A program made the translations under genes and the position numbers. From Naegleria gruberi (lineage: Eukaryota), in the NCBI GenBank assembly GCA_000004985.1, contig GG739608.1: a stretch of 1,026 nt of DNA; one strand, written 5' to 3'. Of the stretch, positions 1 through 1,026 are shown piece after piece; position 1 is the first letter of the stretch; each line of letters begins with the position of its first letter. The notes beneath the pieces are model-generated. The model searched no databases. It saw only the letters and a list, made by a program, of their open reading frames with translations, and had not been told where the DNA came from.

Positions 1-2
1 GT

Positions 3-26
3 CACTGGGGTAATCTATCAGTATTG
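3..26 (+). other. Frame discontinuity (apparent 1-nt deletion or 2-nt insertion) inside the adhesin gene. Repeat-start motif H-W-G-N-L-S-V is in frame 3 (3-23) and the repeat continuation I-D-L-L-Q-N-Y is in frame 2 (23-43).
   Basis: The DNA string cactgg at 3-8 matches the repeat anchors at 299-304 and 593-598 but sits in frame 3. aat-cta-tca (N-L-S, 12-20, frame 3) parallels aat-ttg-tca (N-L-S) in the next repeat at 332-340. Frame 2 has TAA at 11-13 and frame 1 has TGA at 25-27. The HW-to-HW spacing 3 to 299 is 296 nt, i.e. 297 (99 codons) if one base is restored, matching the 294 and 303 nt periods of the following units. Confidence 0.5.
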
Positions 27-298
27 ATTTGTTACAAAATTATGCTGATCAAGATTACACTGCTGGTCGTGAATCTAAGGGTACAGTTAGTAATATTGAT
101 AAGACTTCTCTCAGTACTAAGGGTACTGTTTCTGCAGCTGTCGCTGGTGTTGTTACCTATACTGCTCCTTCTAATAAGTATGTTGGTCCAGATTCCTTCA
201 AGGTTACTGCAACTGATGGTCTTGCCACTGTCACTTACACTGTCAATATTAATATTCTTAACTCTGCTCCTATTACTAATACCAAGACTTCAACTGTT
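3..298 (+). repeat. Adhesin domain repeat unit A (coding tandem repeat, about 99 aa after correcting the frameshift), anchored on HW at 3-8; ends ...GPDSFKVTATDGLATVTYTVNINILNSAPITNTKTSTV.
   Basis: Protein-level alignment to units B and C: KGTVSAAVAG--VVTYTAPSNKYVGPDSFKVTATDGLATVTYTVNINILN versus KGTVSIVAGSQTLLYSAPTNPGALGADVVTYKFTDGAQ--ALENTDTVVNVNLIN. Confidence 0.7.
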
Positions 299-1026
299 CA
301 CTGGGCTGTTCACAAGACTGGTCATTCTGTCAATTTGTCAACTGGTGTAACTGATCCAGAAAATGATGCTTTGACTTATAATGTTGTTGCTGGTTCTGTT
401 TCACCATCTAGTGCTGGTACAGTTGCTATGGGTACTTCACCAAATGCTATTGCTACTGCTTCTTCTACACCATACTTGGGCAAGTTCACTTATACTTACA
501 CTGCTTCTGATTCAATTGTCTCAACTCCAGGTACTGTTGAAGTTACTGTTTATAACAATATGGCTACTCCTGTTGCTGACGCAAAGAGTGTTCACTGGAG
601 AGCAACTAATGTTCCTTTGGATCCACTTTCCAAGTTTGCTTCTGCTGGATATAAGGATAGTGAAGGTGATAATTTGACAATTCAAACTGCTCGTGCTCAA
701 AAGGGTACTGTTTCCATTGTTGCTGGTTCTCAAACATTGCTTTATAGCGCTCCAACTAATCCAGGTGCTCTTGGTGCTGATGTTGTCACTTACAAATTCA
801 CTGATGGTGCTCAAGCACTCGAAAATACTGATACTGTTGTTAATGTTAATCTCATTAACACTCCTCCAACTGCTACTGATCAAACTGCTAATGGAAAGTG
901 GAACGCTGCAATCTCTGTTTCTTTGAGTGGTGCTTGTTCTGATAGTGATTCTTTGGATGTTCCTTTTGTTACCTTCAATGGTGTTATTTCAAATGTTGTT
1001 GGTGGTTCTGCCTCTGTTTCTGGTAA
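14..1026 (+). CDS. Internal fragment of a giant repeat-containing cell-surface adhesin made of tandem cadherin-like/VCBS-type Ig-fold domains. It is 3' partial (continues past 1026) and 5' interrupted by an in-frame TAA at 11-13, with the upstream continuation apparently in frame 3.
   Basis: Frame 2 is open for 337 codons with no stop and runs off the window end. Third codon position is strongly T-biased and periodic. The translation shows about 98-101 aa tandem repeats with a conserved HW/KW anchor, DxExDxLTY motifs and G.DSF.VT.TDG...TV.V.V terminal strands typical of bacterial cadherin-like/VCBS repeats. All other frames give Leu-rich low-complexity artefacts or the S/N/I-rich antisense. 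Confidence 0.88.
299..592 (+). repeat. Adhesin domain repeat unit B (98 aa): HWAVHKTGHSVNLSTGVTDPENDALTYNVVAGSVSPSSAGTVAMGTSPNAIATASSTPYLGKFTYTYTASDSIVSTPGTVEVTVYNNMATPVADAKSV.
   Basis: HW anchor at 299-304; DPENDALTY at 353-379; GKFTYTYTASDS...TVEVTVYN at 479-556. Order and spacing of motifs match the cadherin-like/VCBS repeat consensus (DxDGDxLT...GTV...Y.P....G.DSFTYT..D..G...TATVT.TV). Confidence 0.75.
593..895 (+). repeat. Adhesin domain repeat unit C (101 aa): HWRATNVPLDPLSKFASAGYKDSEGDNLTIQTARAQKGTVSIVAGSQTLLYSAPTNPGALGADVVTYKFTDGAQALENTDTVVNVNLINTPPTATDQTANGK.
   Basis: HW anchor at 593-598; KDSEGDNLT at 653-679 aligns with DPENDALTY of unit B; GADVVTYKFTDG...TVVNVNLIN at 773-856 aligns with the terminal strand motif of units A and B. 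Confidence 0.75.
896..1026 (+). repeat. Adhesin domain repeat unit D (partial, runs off the window): KWNAAISVSLSGACSDSDSLDVPFVTFNGVISNVVGGSASVSG...
   Basis: The K-W at 896-901 sits 303 nt after the previous HW anchor. The downstream sequence is again S/T/V/G-rich beta-strand-like, but with a divergent acidic Ser/Asp cluster and the only Cys codon in the window (935-937). Confidence 0.55.

Larger units (their letters stand above)
1..1026 (+). pseudogene. Alternative interpretation of the same locus: a frameshift-disrupted giant adhesin gene. If translation arrives in frame 3 it would terminate at the TAA at 348-350 after a roughly 109-aa Leu-rich out-of-frame tail.
   Basis: Frame 3 is open from nt 3 to 350 (the listed ORF 24..350 is its distal part). 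It carries the HW anchor at the 5' edge and then reads off-frame junk (LICYKIMLIKITLLVV...). The properly repeat-like protein continues only in frame 2. Confidence 0.35.

Noticed and set aside
14-30. Programmed ribosomal frameshift or phase-variable slipped-strand tract at the frame break
   Set aside because: No slippery heptamer (X XXY YYZ), no RF2-type CUU-UGA-C context, and no homopolymer longer than 3-4 nt (gggg at 7-10 lies upstream of the inferred shift point, inside intact tgg-ggt codons). A simple indel or sequencing error is more parsimonious.
29-31. TTG at 29-31 (frame 2) as a possible translation start just after the TAA at 11-13
   Set aside because: There is no purine-rich Shine-Dalgarno upstream (tctatcagtattgat). 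The encoded N-terminus has no signal peptide and aligns to the middle of a repeat unit, so an independent gene start here is implausible.
77-133. Apparent 14-codon internal duplication KGTVS-NIDKTSLST-KGTVS (aagggtacagttagt / aagggtactgtttct)
   Set aside because: Unit A is 99 codons like its neighbours once the frameshift is corrected, so there is no extra 14-aa insertion. The recurrence reflects low-complexity K-G-T-V-S strand motifs, not a recent duplication.
24-350. 108-aa + strand ORF with TTG start, extremely Leu/Ile/Val-rich (possible small membrane protein)
   Set aside because: Frame 3 is simply the +1 shifted reading of the T-third-position adhesin codons (xTx codons, hydrophobic residues). 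It has no RBS and is fully overlapped by the real CDS. It is relevant only as the nonsense tail that would follow the upstream frameshift.
521-883. 120-aa ORF on the minus strand (MISSSWRSVNEININNSISIFE...)
   Set aside because: It is antisense to the strongly supported frame-2 adhesin CDS. Its Ser/Asn/Ile-rich low-complexity composition is the expected reverse-complement shadow of NNT-biased codons. No independent coding signal.
381-926. ORFs 381..677 and 693..926 (+), Leu-rich, with homopolymeric L runs
   Set aside because: Same off-frame artefact as above: low-complexity L/V/I strings without domain-like structure, nested within the adhesin CDS.

Overview
The window lies entirely inside one very large + strand gene; no gene start, stop, promoter or terminator is visible. 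The real reading frame is frame 2 (codons beginning at positions 14, 17, 20 and so on). It is open from 14 to the end of the window and is missing from the supplied ORF track, most likely because it has no conventional start and runs off the 3' edge.

Its translation begins SISIDLLQNYADQDYTAGRESKGTVSNIDKTSLSTKGTVSAAVAGVVTYTAPSNKYVGPDSFKVTATDGLATVTYTVNINILN and is rich in Thr, Val, Ser, Ala, Gly and Asn. It consists of tandem, divergent repeats of about 98-101 aa, each anchored by a conserved H/K-W dipeptide (nt 3-8, 299-304, 593-598, 896-901). Each repeat carries a DxExDxLTY acidic motif (DPENDALTY at 353-379; KDSEGDNLT at 653-679). Each ends in a strand of the form G.DSF.VTATDG...TV.V.V (191-259, 479-556, 773-856). 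These motifs are the hallmarks of the bacterial cadherin-like / VCBS-type Ig-fold repeats found in giant RTX/Bap-like cell-surface adhesins.

Codon usage is extremely biased toward T-ending codons (GGT, GCT, ACT, GTT, TCT) plus CCA, TTG, AAG, GAA and CAA, and GC content is low (about 40%). This pattern is typical of highly expressed genes in low-GC Firmicutes such as Lactobacillaceae, and also resembles yeast. That is also why the other frames give Leu/Ile/Val-rich phantom ORFs.

The most notable observation is at the 5' end. The repeat-anchor motif cac-tgg-(ggt-aat-cta-tca-gta), reading H-W-G-N-L-S-V, is in frame 3 at nt 3-23, whereas the rest of the same repeat is in frame 2 from nt 23/26 onward. 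Frame 2 has TAA at 11-13 and frame 1 has TGA at 25-27. This implies a 1-nt deletion (or 2-nt insertion) near nt 21-26 that breaks the adhesin gene. It is a pseudogenising frameshift or a sequencing/assembly indel rather than an obvious programmed slip site.
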